Shown here in pieces: positions 28,191 through 41,517 of a stretch of DNA of 64,000 nt; within the stretch, counting starts at the first letter, position 1; each line of letters opens with the position of its first letter. The notes under the pieces are model-generated. The model searched no databases, was not told the DNA's origin, and saw only the letters and a list, made by a program, of their open reading frames with translations. Location of the stretch: NCBI GenBank assembly GCA_001949185.1, contig BDGG01000009.1, positions 1,787,624 through 1,851,623 on the forward strand, given 5' to 3'. The DNA is from Ramazzottius varieornatus (lineage: Eukaryota; Animalia; Tardigrada). A program made the position numbers and the translations under genes.

Positions 28191-28951
28191 ATGGTCCACA
28201 TTGGGACCACCGCAGCCATCGTTCGGCGCAAGTATCAGCGACCATTGATGTCTTGATGGCGGAAACCGTCGAAAGTCTCCAGGAGCTGGCTCAAGAACAT
28301 CTGTGAACATCTTTCGAGGTCTTTCTTATCAAATACTTGGTGCGGCGTATCTGCGATGTTACTCTGAAATTAGTTTTAAACCAAGAAGTTTCGGCTCCAC
28401 GACTTGATCAGTTCCTCGATGGTCTCGAATTAAGGGATGTTGGAAGAAGATATTTGCGACCGCGCGAACTCGTCAACGTTGCATCGTTTCCTTTGCTAGC
28501 AGAGCTGGAGAAGCTGATGTTTTCCTGTTCGTTGTTCGGTCACTTAGGTCAATCATTCTGGAGTACGTCTTTCGCAGAATCTAGAGTTCCCGGTTCTAGA
28601 GCTGGACTCTGTCATTCCTGTGACCGTCTTGCGTCACTCTGTGTTATGTAATGTGACATAAGATCTCTTAGCCACAAAGTAGTCAATAATCAACGCATCA
28701 AATTGGTGACACGTAGCGGCTCAGCTGTTTCCGGTAGTTTCCGCAAATCACGGATTCACCTATGAATCACCTTTTCAAGCTTCCCTCCGCCGCAGCTTTC
28801 TTTCTGGATCAACGGCAATATCAGGCGCAATCGGTAAGTTGCTCTTGCCTGAAAGTGTATCGTATGTGTAGTGCATGCTGCGTGTCGATATTCACAGATG
28901 CTTATATTCCGTTTGTTTCTAGACTAGCAAAAGACGAGCAACTCCAGAAAC

Positions 28952-29735
28952 ATGTCGGACCAACAGGACCATACCGATGTTGAAAAGGAATTGACCAAGG
29001 CTGGCCATTCTCCAGCAGGTATATGCTCGTGCAACGCAGTCTTGCGAAGTTGGTTTGTACATGGCATTGTTGCAAGGTGGGCTTTGCAGTGAAAGTAGGG
29101 GGCATGCGAGTTACTCAACGTGGAGCTCACCATCCTGAGGGCACTAGCCATGATCCCGAAAACCCACAAATGCCACCGCAAGATACCGCTGCCGGTGACA
29201 ATGCCGTCCACGGAATCGGTGGTCTGCATAACCAGTAAGTTCGCATCCGCCGTTTCTAGTTAGTGTGCTACAGAATCTGCTGACCACCATGTCTCATGCA
29301 CCTGCGTACCGCAGGCCTGGTATTTTGCTGCGTCGCGAGTGCATGCATCTGAGTCTTAGTGTTTCCTCCCTTTGTGTCTAGGCCGAAGGATCTGCTGGTG
29401 ACTGGCAGCATGGGGGTTCCGGTGACTGCTAAGGTAAATTGGGATTCACAACCAGACAAAAATCCAGAGAGAAGCTTAGCGAAGCCTTTCATGGCCCGGG
29501 TTATCTGGGTTCCGGGATCAAAGGGAGCTACTACAGTACTGTACTGTGTGCGGCAATCGTCTGACTGGCCTTCTTGTTTCAGGACTTGGGCATCCATGAG
29601 GAAGCAGTGCGCCACACTCACGACAAGAAAATGGAGCACATCAAGCACGATAAGCGAGACAATAAACCAGCTCGGGAGAGCGCGGGGTCGATTATCCAGG
29701 TTGATCAACCCCGAAACCACGGCGCCAACCACTAA
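28952..29735 (+). CDS. DAP: Death-associated protein 1 (DAP/DAPL1 family), 4 coding exons
   Basis: Spliced translation MSDQQDHTDVEKELTKAGHSPA|VKVGGMRVTQR...IIQVDQPRNHGANH*. Matches the DAP1 hallmark KAGHPPAVKAGGMR and C-terminal QPR. Not visible as a single ORF. Confidence 0.82.
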
Positions 29736-30348
29736 GGCAAAGATATCCCGAACTTTTTCATGTGTACGGTGACTATTCCGAAATAACTGTCACATCCGCA
29801 CCTTCTAACCACTTGTAGACCTAGATTTGACCCTTTGATTACCGAAAACCAGTCTGTTAAGAACTCTTGACTAACTTGATGGGAACGAAATTGAAAAGCT
29901 ACACAGTCCGGTCGCACTTCCGCTTGCACGGTAAACATCTTTCGTCTACGGTTCGAAACTGGCGATAAAATTTCACGATCAACGGGAAAATAGTCAACTA
30001 ACGCGTACTCCATTAGGGTTCTTGATTTTCGCATATATGAATGCGCACTGGGAAGGGACTAGCTTCACTGCAGTAGGGAAATTAGACGAGTGATCGTAGT
30101 ACTTCTGGCTTCGAGATCCAGGCAAGTGACAAGTCCCCAAACCAAGTTTGCCCAAACTCAAGTTTAAACTTGAAGTTCGTCAAAAAAACGGAAAAGGCTA
30201 AAAAGCACCCCGGGCAAATCTCTTAACCTATGAGGGGCGACAGTCCGAACAGTGAAGGGGACCAAGGGGTACAGGAGTCACTGGCCCGAGCATTGCAGGG
30301 TCAAGGCACACGACGACTCAAGTTTTCGACCATGTTGATTCTTCTTGA

Positions 30349-31190
30349 ATACCCAAGGGGACTAGGAATCGTAAACTCATCAGAGGGAGCTCGACCTCCA
30401 GACAGCACGATCCTTTTCTCAGGATGATTCCCCGTTTTTTTCCCTGATTTTTCCAAGTTTTTTAGTTTTTGCTGAATTATGACTTTGTGTCTGATCGATC
30501 AAATTTGTACGAATCAACTGGCGAAAACAGTAAGTTGATCAACAAAGAATTGATTACTCTCAGGACTCTGCCGGTCGGACAATGGTACGACCGACAGGGT
30601 ATGACGTAACTCGTACTGCCTACTGTACGATCGGCAGCGACGCGGCTGGGTAACTAGGTAGGAAGGTAGATGATCGTACAATGGTACCATCGCCAGGGTG
30701 GGTGGGTAGGTTGGTTGACCACTAGTGGCTAACCATTGGTCTTGCTGTCTTAACCACTAGTGATTGACCATTGCTCTTTCTAGGTTGGGCACTAGAGGTC
30801 GGCCATTGGTTTTACTATGTTTGACCACCGATACTAGCCATTGGCATTGATAGGTCGACCGCCCAGTCGCAGCTGGTTTATTGGCCCGTCCTTTCTGTCT
30901 ATTAATTGGTCAAGGGCCGTGGTAACCGGTCTGGACGGAACCGCAGTTTACTTGAGTTGATTATTTGACTGAAAGACGCTTTTTATTACGTCAGATGTGC
31001 ATGAACCTTAGTTCCCATCCTTTGATCTTTCCGTCATAGGCTCAGGTTTGCCATAGTTTCCCCAATTTAAGGGCTTTGGGATGCCTGAACAGCTTTCTGC
31101 TATGACTCAAGCGGTCTATGATTCATCCTGAAGCTCCGCTAGAAGGCCGGCCTTTTGGGCGGAGCTCTCGCAAAACCAGCGTAAAGCTGC
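30349..31190. repeat. Interspersed non-autonomous repeat, copy A (with internal 35-bp minisatellite)
   Basis: 30349-30520 resembles 56012-56200, and 31021-31190 resembles 56358-56418 + 56836-56942, in direct orientation. Confidence 0.8.
30715..30870. repeat. Degenerate 35-bp tandem repeat (~4.5 units)
   Basis: Units start at 30715, 30750, 30785, ~30821, ~30855; consensus approx TTGACCACTAGTGGCTAACCATTGGTCTTGCTAGG. Confidence 0.7.
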
Positions 31191-31810
31191 AGTACCTCGC
31201 TGTCTTCACAGAACGGTGGGCCAAAATGCGAGCTGACTCAGCAGCCGCCGTAGACAGGTGGAGAACAACCATCAGTATGACGCTGAAGGTCCAGAGATCA
31301 AATCATGGTTTAATTTTCTGCGAATTACAAAATGCAGAAACATTCTAATCTGCATCGCGGAAGACATTATCCTCAGATTTCCAGAGCTTTAACACATTCG
31401 AAAAATGTTTCCCCATGTAACGGTTTGCTTGTAAGAGGAAAGGTTTGTTCGATTAATTTTATTGATTTATTCATTTGGTTCAATGGGCGGTGACGCACAG
31501 AGTATTCGCTCCGCCTCGATATTCGCATGATACAATCAATCGATCGCTTAAACCTATTTCACACTCTCCGGCAAGGCAAGGTACACTGGTACGGCAGCTC
31601 ATCAGTGCATTGAAAACCCTTCATCTTCCCAGGTGTTTCAGAAAGCGACTTGCGGAAGTCGAGGAATACACCTTAATTGTGGGCGCTAGTTAACGGTGAG
31701 CTAGGTAGTGCTTCCGAGGCAAGCATCGGGGGAGAAGACTTTGCGTCGGCATATTGTGGATCAGCTCGCTGGCTCAGAAGTTTGCTTGTGGATAACTGAG
31801 CGTCGCAGCA

Positions 31811-33586
31811 ATGAGCAGCAGCAGTCAACTACTGATCGGTGGCGACGATGTCAACGCCGTGGTGGTGGACTATGGAAGCGCCTCATTCCGATATGGCCAT
31901 GCCGGGGAAGATGCTCCATCCTTGGTTATCCCCAACTCTATCGGATACCTTGACGAAGTCGCAAAAGCAGTTGGTAAGTGTGGCCATCGATCTGTTGTAA
32001 TTACTGCTATATCAGCCTATATGTACATATGTGCGGCTTATCATAAAGTGCAAACGGTTGCTGGTTGCAGAGTCGATGGAAGTAGACGATGCATCCGGAG
32101 ACAAGACTATCAGGGACAGCAACAATGAGAACTCATTGACGAATGGGTCAGCAGACAGCTCCATGCTGTCGAACCAAGGGAAGAAAAGTAGGACTTACTT
32201 CATCGATCCTCTCACCTTAACCAATCCTAAAGACGGTCTGGAAATCGAAAGGTATGTCGTAAAGGCCAACGTCGTGCAGTTAGCGCTCAAGGTGAATGTC
32301 CATGTCCAGAAGAGAATGGAATATCATGGTGGTTGCAGTGATCTCACCCACGACGGCATGATTGAGAACTGGGATGCTTTTGAAGCCGTGATGGAATTTG
32401 CTCTGCGGAAACATCGGCCTGTCGATCCCTCACAACATCCGCTCCTCTTCTCCGAACCTCTAGTAAGTTCTGACACAAACACTATCGAATAAGGAAGCGT
32501 GCGCCGCTTGCTAAAAAGATGTTGTCCAGTTTGCTTGTTTTCCCAAGTGGCGCACATTTATATTGTCAATATTTGGAAGCGTGCGCCATTGAAGATGACG
32601 AATTTGTCGACTGTGTTTGACGAGCTGCGAAATGATGAGATTGGGTTTGGTAGTGGAACAGTGCGAAGAAGAGGGAGCAGCTGTGCGAGCTGGTCTTTGA
32701 AAAGTTCAAGTCGTCGGCCTTCTTCACGGTCAAGTCGCCTGTTCTTACCTGTTTCGCCCACGGGAAGAGCAGCGGCCTGGTGCTGGACAGTGGCAAGATA
32801 CACACGACTGCCGTCGCTGTCCACGAAGGCTTCTGCCTAGTGCCCACCGGCGCCGCCAAGAGCCTCCTGGGCGGCGACTTCATCACCAACGAATGTCGCA
32901 AAGAGCTCGATCGACTGAAGATCGATCTGACTCCGCAGTACATGATCAAGAGTAAAGAAGCCGTGGAGTTGGACCAACCACCTAAATACACCAAGAAGGC
33001 CATTGTGCCTAAAGTTTCTCCATCTTTCCACAATGTCAAAACTCGAGCTGTAGTAGAAGATTTCAAGCAGATCGTGGCCGTCTCTGACAGCCCACTAGGC
33101 GAAGTCAATCAAGACAACCTGGACTCCAGAGAGTACGAGTTCCCTACAGGCTATCATACCTTGTTCGGTATTGAACGCTACCAAATAGCCGAGCTACTCT
33201 TCGATCCTTCCTTGATCCGTACGGCGCCGTCGCACAATCTCAACTCCATGCTGGGTGTCAGCAATCTCATTCACAACTGCCTGTCCTTGACGGACCAAGA
33301 TATTCGTCCCCAGTTGTGGGGCAACGTCATCGTCTCGGGCGGCAATAGCTGCATACACGGCTTCCTGGAACGGGTGACGGCCGACTGTACGCGCCGCAGC
33401 ACCTCCTCGGCCAAACTGAAAGTAGTAGCCAGTACGGGCGGACCTGAACGAGCCTCGGAAAGGATGTTTGCCCCCTGGACGGGAGGCTCCATCCTGGGCT
33501 CTCTAGGTACCTTCCAGAACATGTGGATCTCCAGAAGCGACTATGAAGAAACGGGCAAGATCATCGTGGCCAAGAAATGCCCTTGA
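31811..33586 (+). CDS. ACTL6A: Nuclear actin-related protein ARP4/BAF53
   Basis: GGDDVNAVVVDYGS..GHAGEDAP start, HPLLFSEP|WN, ERMFAPWTGGSILGSLGTFQNMWISRSDYEETGK..KKCP end typical of ARP4/BAF53. Confidence 0.88.
32499..32592. repeat. Intronic palindrome, half unit plus full unit (ACTL6)
   Basis: GTGCGCCGCTTG at 32499, then CAAGTGGCGCAC-N25-GTGCGCCATTGA at 32544-32592. Confidence 0.88.
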
Positions 33587-33915
33587 AGGGCCCACAAGTA
33601 GCACCGGACAGGTTTTTTTGCTTCTTTATCATCTCTTTTTTATTTTGACATCCAGTCTGACATTAAACAGTTGCTGTCTCCTCCTTCTCACTTTACCTAC
33701 CATCAATTTTGTAACTCTTGTTTGCGCATTAATTTCTTGGGTGGCAGTTTGTTGTCCCATGCGCCGCGGCAACCCCCCTGGACTGTATCATAATTATGTT
33801 GTATATGCTGCTCTTGCAGTGGTCTGGTACATCCGTAGCCGTTATGACAGTAGAAATTAACCAGTAGAGGTGATGATTGTTGTCGACAGCTTAGGTTGTG
33901 AGTATGGGAGGTTAA

Positions 33916-35812
33916 TTACTGCAGTGGCAGGTGGGCTTTCTCCGAGAAGCTGGTCTTTGTCGTGTCCTGGAAGATATCGGTCGGCTGTGGGTACTGCAGA
34001 TGGCGTTTTCTCTTGAGGTCAGGCAGGCTGCCGGCACTGTGCCAACTGTCCATCTCTGACAGCGGAAGAACGTAAGCTCTTCCAGCCATACTGCTCAATG
34101 ACAAAGTGGAAGGCCAGAGATTGACGCTGACATAGTCTTGGGGAAGAACCATGACCATGAAGGAGATGGCCACCAGTACGGTGCCGACGATTTGGGCGTT
34201 GGCCAGCGTGAAGCCTCTGGCCGTGTCCAGCACTATGGAAAGAAGCAGCAAGTCTTAAGAAGCATGCTAGCCGCCGGGGACAGGCAGGCAGGCAATGTGC
34301 CTTGCAGCCAACCTGTGTTGAGAGCCAGCACCAGCAGTTCGCCGATGGACATGAAGAAGGGCGTGGAGACCACCAAGCCGTAACCGTAAATAATGGCGGC
34401 GCTGCCGAAGGCTATCCATGAGGGCACCGCGTACTGATAAGGCAATTCCTCAATGTCGTATATCTCCACACCCGTCAACTTTAAGATTAGTGGGACGGGC
34501 CAGAAGGTTAGACACTGGATAATGTACATCATCTACCAACACAAAGAAATAATTAAGCGCTCTCTTGCCAGAAGGGAACACTCGTCGAATATAGAGGCGG
34601 ACTTTGTGCCTTTACCGTTATGGCAAAAGCCGTCTGCCCAAAATCGGCCCTGGGGAAAGCCCGTTTGAAGGCAATCTGCAAGATGTAGTCAGAATGATGT
34701 ACAGTTAATACAAGGGCGACCTGCCTACAGCTGCAGGAAGATGGGCCTTGTCCCAGTCTAGACAAGGAAGCGATAAAGGTCGGCGATGGAGCTGTCAGCT
34801 GACCTGATGGAGGGACAAGGCTATAGCTGAAACCAGGCCGCATCCCACTCCCACGTAGACCTGCTCTCTCGACATGTCGTTATTCTTCGAGGAAAGAACT
34901 GCTCCGTAAGAGATGAGGCTCACTCCGCAGAAGGATATGACAACAAAGAGGCTCTGTAAGAGATATATGAGGAGATTCATGTCTAGAAGTTTGCTGTCTG
35001 GGCGGTCTGCTGCTTCAGCCAGCTTCAAGGTATGCAAATTGAGGTAGGCCTACTTTTAGAACAAGCGGCCGATGTCCAAGTACCAGCCAGCCCAGAAGAT
35101 AGGACCACTCCACGCCCATGGAATACAAGGCGGTGGCCACCGCAGTTGGGATACTGGCCGACGCCTAATCCATTGCGTGACATGACAAAGACGTCCATTC
35201 GTACAATTCTCAGGACCGAAGTCAACACAAACCATGGTTTGACATGTAGGAATTAAATTGCCTACCATTGTGTAGGTTATCTGGATGACGACGACGGTGC
35301 TGATGGGAGCCCAAAACTGGCGGAAGATGCCCAGTACACTCCAGTCGGGACAGGCCATCTTGCAGCGGCTACCCCAAATGACAAGAGATTGAGCCAGCTT
35401 TTGCCATGTATCGGTACAGTGTAAAAAATGCATCCTTACTCCTGTCAATTATAGTTTGGCAGTTGTCTCCTCAAGACGACAGGGCACGCATCTCAGTCTC
35501 ACTTCCAAACCAATAAACGAACCACAACGTTGCACGAGGAGCGATGCATTTTCTACACACTGTTGTATAGCAGAGGGCACCTGACGGTACGGACCTTATG
35601 GTTGCTGGCAGATTGACCGGACAACCCTTTATACGTTGGATGAGGGCGTTGATGAGGAGGTAGATGGGGAAGGTGCTGGCTCGGGTGATCATTTTGAACA
35701 TGACGAAGAGGAAGGGCGCTTTGAAGTGACTAGTCAGGAAGGCTATGCTGGACAGTTGGGAGGCCACAACCAGCAGAGCCACGTACATCATCAACAATAA
35801 AAAGGCCGTCAT
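33916..35812 (-). CDS. SLC35F-like / DMT-EamA multi-pass transporter (multi-exon; 5' end probably further upstream)
   Basis: Series of hydrophobic exons (FKAPFLFVMF; VVISFCGVSLISYG; GLVVSTPFFMSIGELLVLALNTVLD..GFTLANAQIVG), resembling SLC35F3/F4/F5. Confidence 0.65.
35415..35562. repeat. Intronic inverted-repeat element family 2 (CAGTGTAAAAAATGCAT ends)
   Basis: TACAGTGTAAAAAATGCAT (35415-35433) ... ATGCATTTTCTACACACTG (35544-35562) inside an intron of the SLC35F-like gene. Confidence 0.6.
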
Positions 35813-36871
35813 CCATTTCGTCGCAGGTTGTGCCAGTATTAGCGATCCCCCTGACCCACTTCCAGCCTTGGCGGAACTTCTGCCTACCGCAATATCCCTG
35901 CTTTTACCCTCCTAAATGCAAAAGCACCATCAAGGAACCAGATGATATACCCCTCGGCCCATACAAAAGGAAACGCAAATTTTTTGACAGTATCAGTTGA
36001 CGTACCATTCAGAAGCAGAAGAGGATGAAAATCGACTTGCGCCAGATCGAAACATTCCTCTGCGGAAACATGCAGCATTCTTTTCCTGTTGACAAAAAGG
36101 CCCTTCCATTTCATAACATAATTAATCAGTGGCCAAAGTTTCTGATTGAGCCTTTATCACCGAGTACTGTGCTTATCTGGACGCCAGCCATGCACATTCC
36201 CCCTGACACTGACACATGCACTGACTTGGTTCCATGACAGATCGCAGAACCCCATGATGAAAAATTAACCATTCAGCTTTCAGGAATAAATTATCGGATT
36301 TATTTTTGCTTGCACGTTGAGTTTTGTAAAGTCGAACTTCTGACTTGCATGCGTCTTCCCGCAAAATGTAAAGCCAGGGTAATATCTGAGCTGTTGGATG
36401 GAGAAACTGAGGGACGGTGGAAGCTGAAGTCGAGAGAGATTCGAGAGTCGAGAGTATAGGTGGTCGGTGGTCACAAATTAGTACAGAAGGCTTGCCGAAG
36501 CGAAAATAGGAATTTTCGTGTCTTTCGCCGTGACGAAAATAACTTTTGGCCACGAGGAAGTCTGGAAGATCGACAAAAATCTTTCGCCGAGGCGAAAAAA
36601 GCACTGCGTGTTCGACTGACTGATTGATTGATTAAACAAGCTTTTGTCGCAGCTAAAAAGGGCGAAAAATCTTATTTTGGCTTGGCCGAGCCTTATCTAC
36701 AAATTAGCGGTAACGTTTTGTTTCTTTGCTTGGGAACAAGTGCGGGCCGGGAACGAGACATGGCATACATCCGGGTTGAAAAGACTGGCTGTCCGTCAGG
36801 ACGAAAATACAGAGTGTCTTGAAGGCGATTATCAGATTTGCGACTGTTGAATAGCGTCATGTTTGTTTACT

Positions 36872-37480
36872 ATGCCTGTTGTCAGCCTGAAGAAGAGCGT
36901 GATTCCAAGCTACAAACGCCACCCGGATCATGGCGACTCTGCCAGCATCGAACGTCTACTGGCCACCAATTTGTCCATCGAAGACTTTTCCCACGTGCAG
37001 CGTCATGACCCACGGCGTCCCACTCGTCATAAAGGCAGCGAGGAAGTCATGGGCCTGGCCCCACCACCCAAGAGGAAGAAACACAAGCGAGCAAAGTTCC
37101 GCGACGAAGTCGTGCAGGTGACCATGGTCGATCAGGAGAAGAAGATGAAACAGCAACAGATGATATTGAAGAAGATGGCGCAGGACAATGTCAAGCTAGA
37201 AACGCAGGTCAGGACCTACGAGCAACGGCTGAAAGAGATGAGGCAGGATGCCGTCTATCGCGACCTCTCTGGCAAAGAGCCGCAAAGGGAGGGCCTTTGC
37301 ATGCCTGTCCGCCAAGCTATCCGCTCCCTCCGTAACCTCATACGCACCGGCTGGTTCCGTTTTTGGCTGAAGCTGCAAATCAAACTGGAAGAAAAGCATC
37401 GTCGCATCACCAAAGAGGATATCCTCGATCCGCCACTTGCCATTTCCAACTTTCAACTTGATGGCATTTCCGCCAGTTGA
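36872..37480 (+). CDS. Hypothetical protein with basic NLS-like and coiled-coil segments
   Basis: Uninterrupted ~200-codon ORF, PPPKRKKHKR, heptad-like QEKKMKQQQMILKKMAQDNVKLETQVRTYEQRLKEMR; no recognised family. Confidence 0.5.
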   Translation: MPVVSLKKSVIPSYKRHPDHGDSASIERLLATNLSIEDFSHVQRHDPRRPTRHKGSEEVMGLAPPPKRKKHKRAKFRDEVVQVTMVDQEKKMKQQQMILKKMAQDNVKLETQVRTYEQRLKEMRQDAVYRDLSGKEPQREGLCMPVRQAIRSLRNLIRTGWFRFWLKLQIKLEEKHRRITKEDILDPPLAISNFQLDGISAS

Positions 37481-37835
37481 TGCCAGCAGCCACATCACCA
37501 AGTACCCATCCTTCAAAAGTCCCACAACAACATCAAACCGACCAACCAGACACATTGTTTTTACTGATTCACGGACCGTAGTCACCTTAGGAGCAGAGGA
37601 CAAAAGTAAAACTCGGCGTAAAACAAATGTCAAGTATTTTCAATACCTTCGACACTTCGCATCACAATCTCTGAGTGATCCCAATATTGTCGGAGCGCTT
37701 CATACAGGTGTAGCGACAGTGGCTAAAATCCCGAAAGGTGGTCTCAAAGATTGGGCCGACCAATATAGACAGCTGGTCAGATCAGTACAAACTAGAAGCA
37801 ACATGGTCGATTAGTTCAGCTGACTCAATTACAGC

Positions 37836-38750
37836 CTAGACGACTTTATCAAACTTCTCTCGGACTCCCGCCACCGAGCGACCCTTCATCGATTCTTGAA
37901 CTTGCTGAGCAAACTGAACCGAGTTTCGGACCATGAGATCGGCAGCCTCCTTGTTCAGCGGATCGTCGGCATTGGGTTCTAGTAAGAGAAACTGCAAGCC
38001 ATACAAGATGGCACTGAGAGTCAAGACAGGCTTCCAGTCTTCTCGTAAAATATTCAGGCAGACGTTGCCCTCATAGTCAATGTTGGGATGGTAGATCTTT
38101 GGAATACACTTCACCTTGGGCGCTTCATGTGGATAGTTGTTGGAAATCTTGATGGAGAATGTGAAGGTCCCGCCTTTGTATAAACCCTGCAGATATCAAC
38201 TCTACAAAATCAACACGATCCATCTCAGAGCTGCGCAAACAAAGTCAACCAAGTCCTTTTTCCACGTGGCGTACCTTCTCGAAGTTATCAGCTGCAAGCG
38301 TGCGCCGCTTGGGAAAACGATCTAGTCGACTTTGTCTATCAAGCTCCCATTCGATAAACTAGAACCCTGTCAACAATGTAATCGGTCATACCTCATCCGG
38401 AGTGATCACCAAGCTCAGGTTCTGTAAATCATCTTTGTCGGGAACATCCAGCTTCAAAGTTCGTGGTAACTGAAGTTCACTCAAATCTACAACAAATACA
38501 TAACGCGGTAACTTCTTCCACTTCCGAGACGAGACATTTGATCTGTAGCACTATAACGAGAGGCTAAACTAATGATCACCCCATACCCGTCACTCATGAT
38601 TGCCATGGATTACGAACCCAAAAGTATTAGAATGTGGGAGAGGATACCTTTATTGATCCGTAATTCGGCGGCGGAAGTCTTCTTCGTAGTTTTACCACTA
38701 GTACTTTCCTGAGCCTTCGCCTGGTCCTTCAAGGTAAACAATTTGATCAT
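37836..38750 (-). CDS. UBE2M: NEDD8-conjugating enzyme Ubc12
   Basis: [20 protein letters not shown]-terminus; [25 protein letters not shown] active site; 3 exons. Confidence 0.95.
38263..38311. repeat. Intronic palindrome core (UBE2M)
   Basis: CACGTGGCGTAC-N25-GTGCGCCGCTTG with arms ~38228-38346. Confidence 0.88.
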
Positions 38751-40879
38751 CTTGAAAGGGTAAAACGCTCCCGCCTGCTAAGCAAGGATTTCTTTGCAGC
38801 AAGACAGCAGCAATCGATGGTCCCCTGGTTCTCCTGATGATGAGAACACTAGGAAGTCGTCGCAAGGAGGCAGACTGTCCAAGTCGAGGCTCAGCAATCC
38901 GTCGACGGCGCGTGTATGGCCATGGTATCTGTAAGTTATAACATCGTCCACCCACCGGGTTCTGTATTACAAAGCGGGGCTACTAGAAGTCAGCAGGATG
39001 ACTGGATGAGGAATAAAGATCGTGAGACAGAATATAATCTTGGATCCGGAAGCAGACGATACAACTCGTATTCCGCAGTGCTTTACCACAGGTCACGGTC
39101 GCTCCCGGGTAGTGATGTTCTAATATGGGATAATGACATCTAATATAATAAAAATAAATATCCGCCGTCTGCTAAAGTCTTACTAACTCCGAACTGCTAT
39201 AGTAAAACCTCTGCCTGACTTACTAAAATATTACTATAGTAGAAGCTTTGGAGGTTCGTTATTAAAATATATTTTAATATCGGAGAGCTCGACAGAAGAT
39301 CTAAAGAATCAGAATCACATCAATCAGGCCAGCAAGAATGCTCCCAGTATTTGCTCGGACCGTCTAAAGTGCTTAATCGTCAAGATCGGGCAAGTAATCG
39401 AATTTCGGAGACAGAGAATTTTTCTTTCGAGATTGTGACCAGCTAGTCTGTTTCCCTTCCCCATAGTCGCCGCCGATGCGATAGAGAAGACTCTTTCGGG
39501 CGCACTCGAAGCAGCGGGAATGGCCAGGATGTCCAAAGCGAGACGACTCAACAGAGGGAACTTATCAGCATTCTGTATCCAGAAGACTTCCGGGTTGTCT
39601 TCAACGTTGTCGTCGGAGCCGATAGGAAGGCTTACGTAGGTCCGAACTTCCAAGTCAAATGGAGATTTCTGTTGCGTGACTTCTGAACTTGCATCGATGA
39701 AGAAACCCAAGTCGTCCATACCATCTGGATTACTGTTCGCATTCAGTGCAGTCGATTCTGGCAATGTTTCTGAAAAGCAGCGAGGTGCTACGTTTTTCAC
39801 CCCCATAGAAACTAGGTATGACATGTGACCGGTATGTGTTTACCTTGCGTGGGCTCCTCATACCGCTCAATGTTTTTCAATGACAGCCATCTCGAAGCAA
39901 GACTAGACAGTCGCTGTGGCAATGTAAGTCTCAGTTTCTTACGGAGAAATGTGCTCGCAATGTAGACAGCATCGAACTTTGGGTTGCAATCATCTATCAC
40001 ATATCCCAGCACGCGCAACAGCTCTGAATCCATGGCAAGAATGACCTGAACGACAAACACGATCACCGTACACCACCATAAGTAAGATAGATTTCGATTG
40101 TAGTTCTTAGTAAGAATTAAATGTTGAAGTGACATACCACAGCACATTTTGTTATTTTTCTGAGTTGGCGCTAATTACCTCATCGAATGGGTTCTCAATA
40201 TGGAAGCTTGAAAAGTCGAGCTTGAGAAGAGCATCGCGAACTCACTCCAAATGCCTGACTAGTCCGTTCATGTAAAAGTGAACTGGGTGGATGGTCGCTT
40301 CCTTATCCGCGCTGAGTTTGTCCGTAACCTGTGAATACTCAATACATACGACATCGAACCAAAAATTTCTGACTTCATCAGAAATTAAAATGAGCTCAAA
40401 GACTTGCTGACCGTATTACACTTCTCCAGTAGACGTATGATAAATTTTATGATGAGCCATTCACCAGGAGTTAAACCAGGGATCTTCAAGTGACGAGCCA
40501 TGATCTCTTTCACGGGTTCTCGTACTTCATCAAGTCGTCGCAGAGAGAGCAGAGTAGAATTCCATCGGGTTGAGACATCTGCTATTAATGTCAGCCCGGT
40601 AGCTTTGAGAAGTTCACCCGTGGCTACGTGAGACATTCGGAAAGTCCTGACTATAATTCTGGCCCAGTTGATGATCGACTTCAGCTTTTCATCCTTCTCG
40701 AATGCTCGAACCGCGGTCTGCAGTCGATGGATGGTACAACTGTGACGCTTGATTCTGCAACAGAAAAGAATTCACACTGATGTGCGGTTGACCGTAATGC
40801 TCGAAAAGCAGAACATTCATTTATTCCATATGGACGTGATGTTGAAGCTCGGCAAACAAACTAGACAAAAAGGTTTTCT

Positions 40880-40928
40880 TCTGTCGCGCAGTTTGACAGT
40901 GTTATCGCCTGAAAGTGTGCGCCACTCC
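40880..40928. repeat. Intronic palindrome core (hAT transposase intron)
   Basis: AGCTCGGCAAACAAACTAGACAA arm, degenerate left core, N25, GTGCGCCACTCC. Confidence 0.8.
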
Positions 40929-41517
40929 AAGATCCATCTTGTCAATTTTTGGAATTATATATGGACAAAGCCTAGGAATTATATATGGACAAAGCGCAGT
41001 AAGAGAAAATTACCTTCCGTCGAACTCGGTCTCGCATTCACTCTCGAACCTCATGTACTCATTGACCTCTTGCTGCGTGTTCGCGTCTTCTATTTGAGCT
41101 GAAACTACGCTCAGCTGTGCTTCTTCCTCCTCTGACTCGTCAGGATTTACCGGACTATTCGACTGAACGAGGGCTTTGAAAGCGGCCACCATGCTTGAAC
41201 CGCTGTCTGTCACTACGGCGGATATCTTCTACGAAGGAATCTCCCACCCAGCCAAAATCTCCCTCGTAAGCGTGAATAATCGAGCGGCACTGTGTGGACT
41301 CGGAAAAGTGCGACATGCCAGGGTCACCCTTCGCATCGTCTTCGTGAGATGATCATACATCCGCGCCGTTACCGCCAGCTTCGACTCAGACATTCCGCGT
41401 TTAGTCCAGATGTCTACAAATAAATAACACTAAACGTCAATCTCAGTCAAAATAGTAACCGCTCAAGATTGAAAATAACTGTCATGTCAGTGAGAAATTT
41501 GGACGACATCATTTTTC

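Noticed and set aside
1826-40995. Short tandem repeats: (GA)n ~1826, 10-mers at ~2692 and ~16577, CGCTCAC ~27861, 21-bp duplication ~40951
   Set aside because: Ordinary slippage repeats with 2-9 units; no evidence of function.
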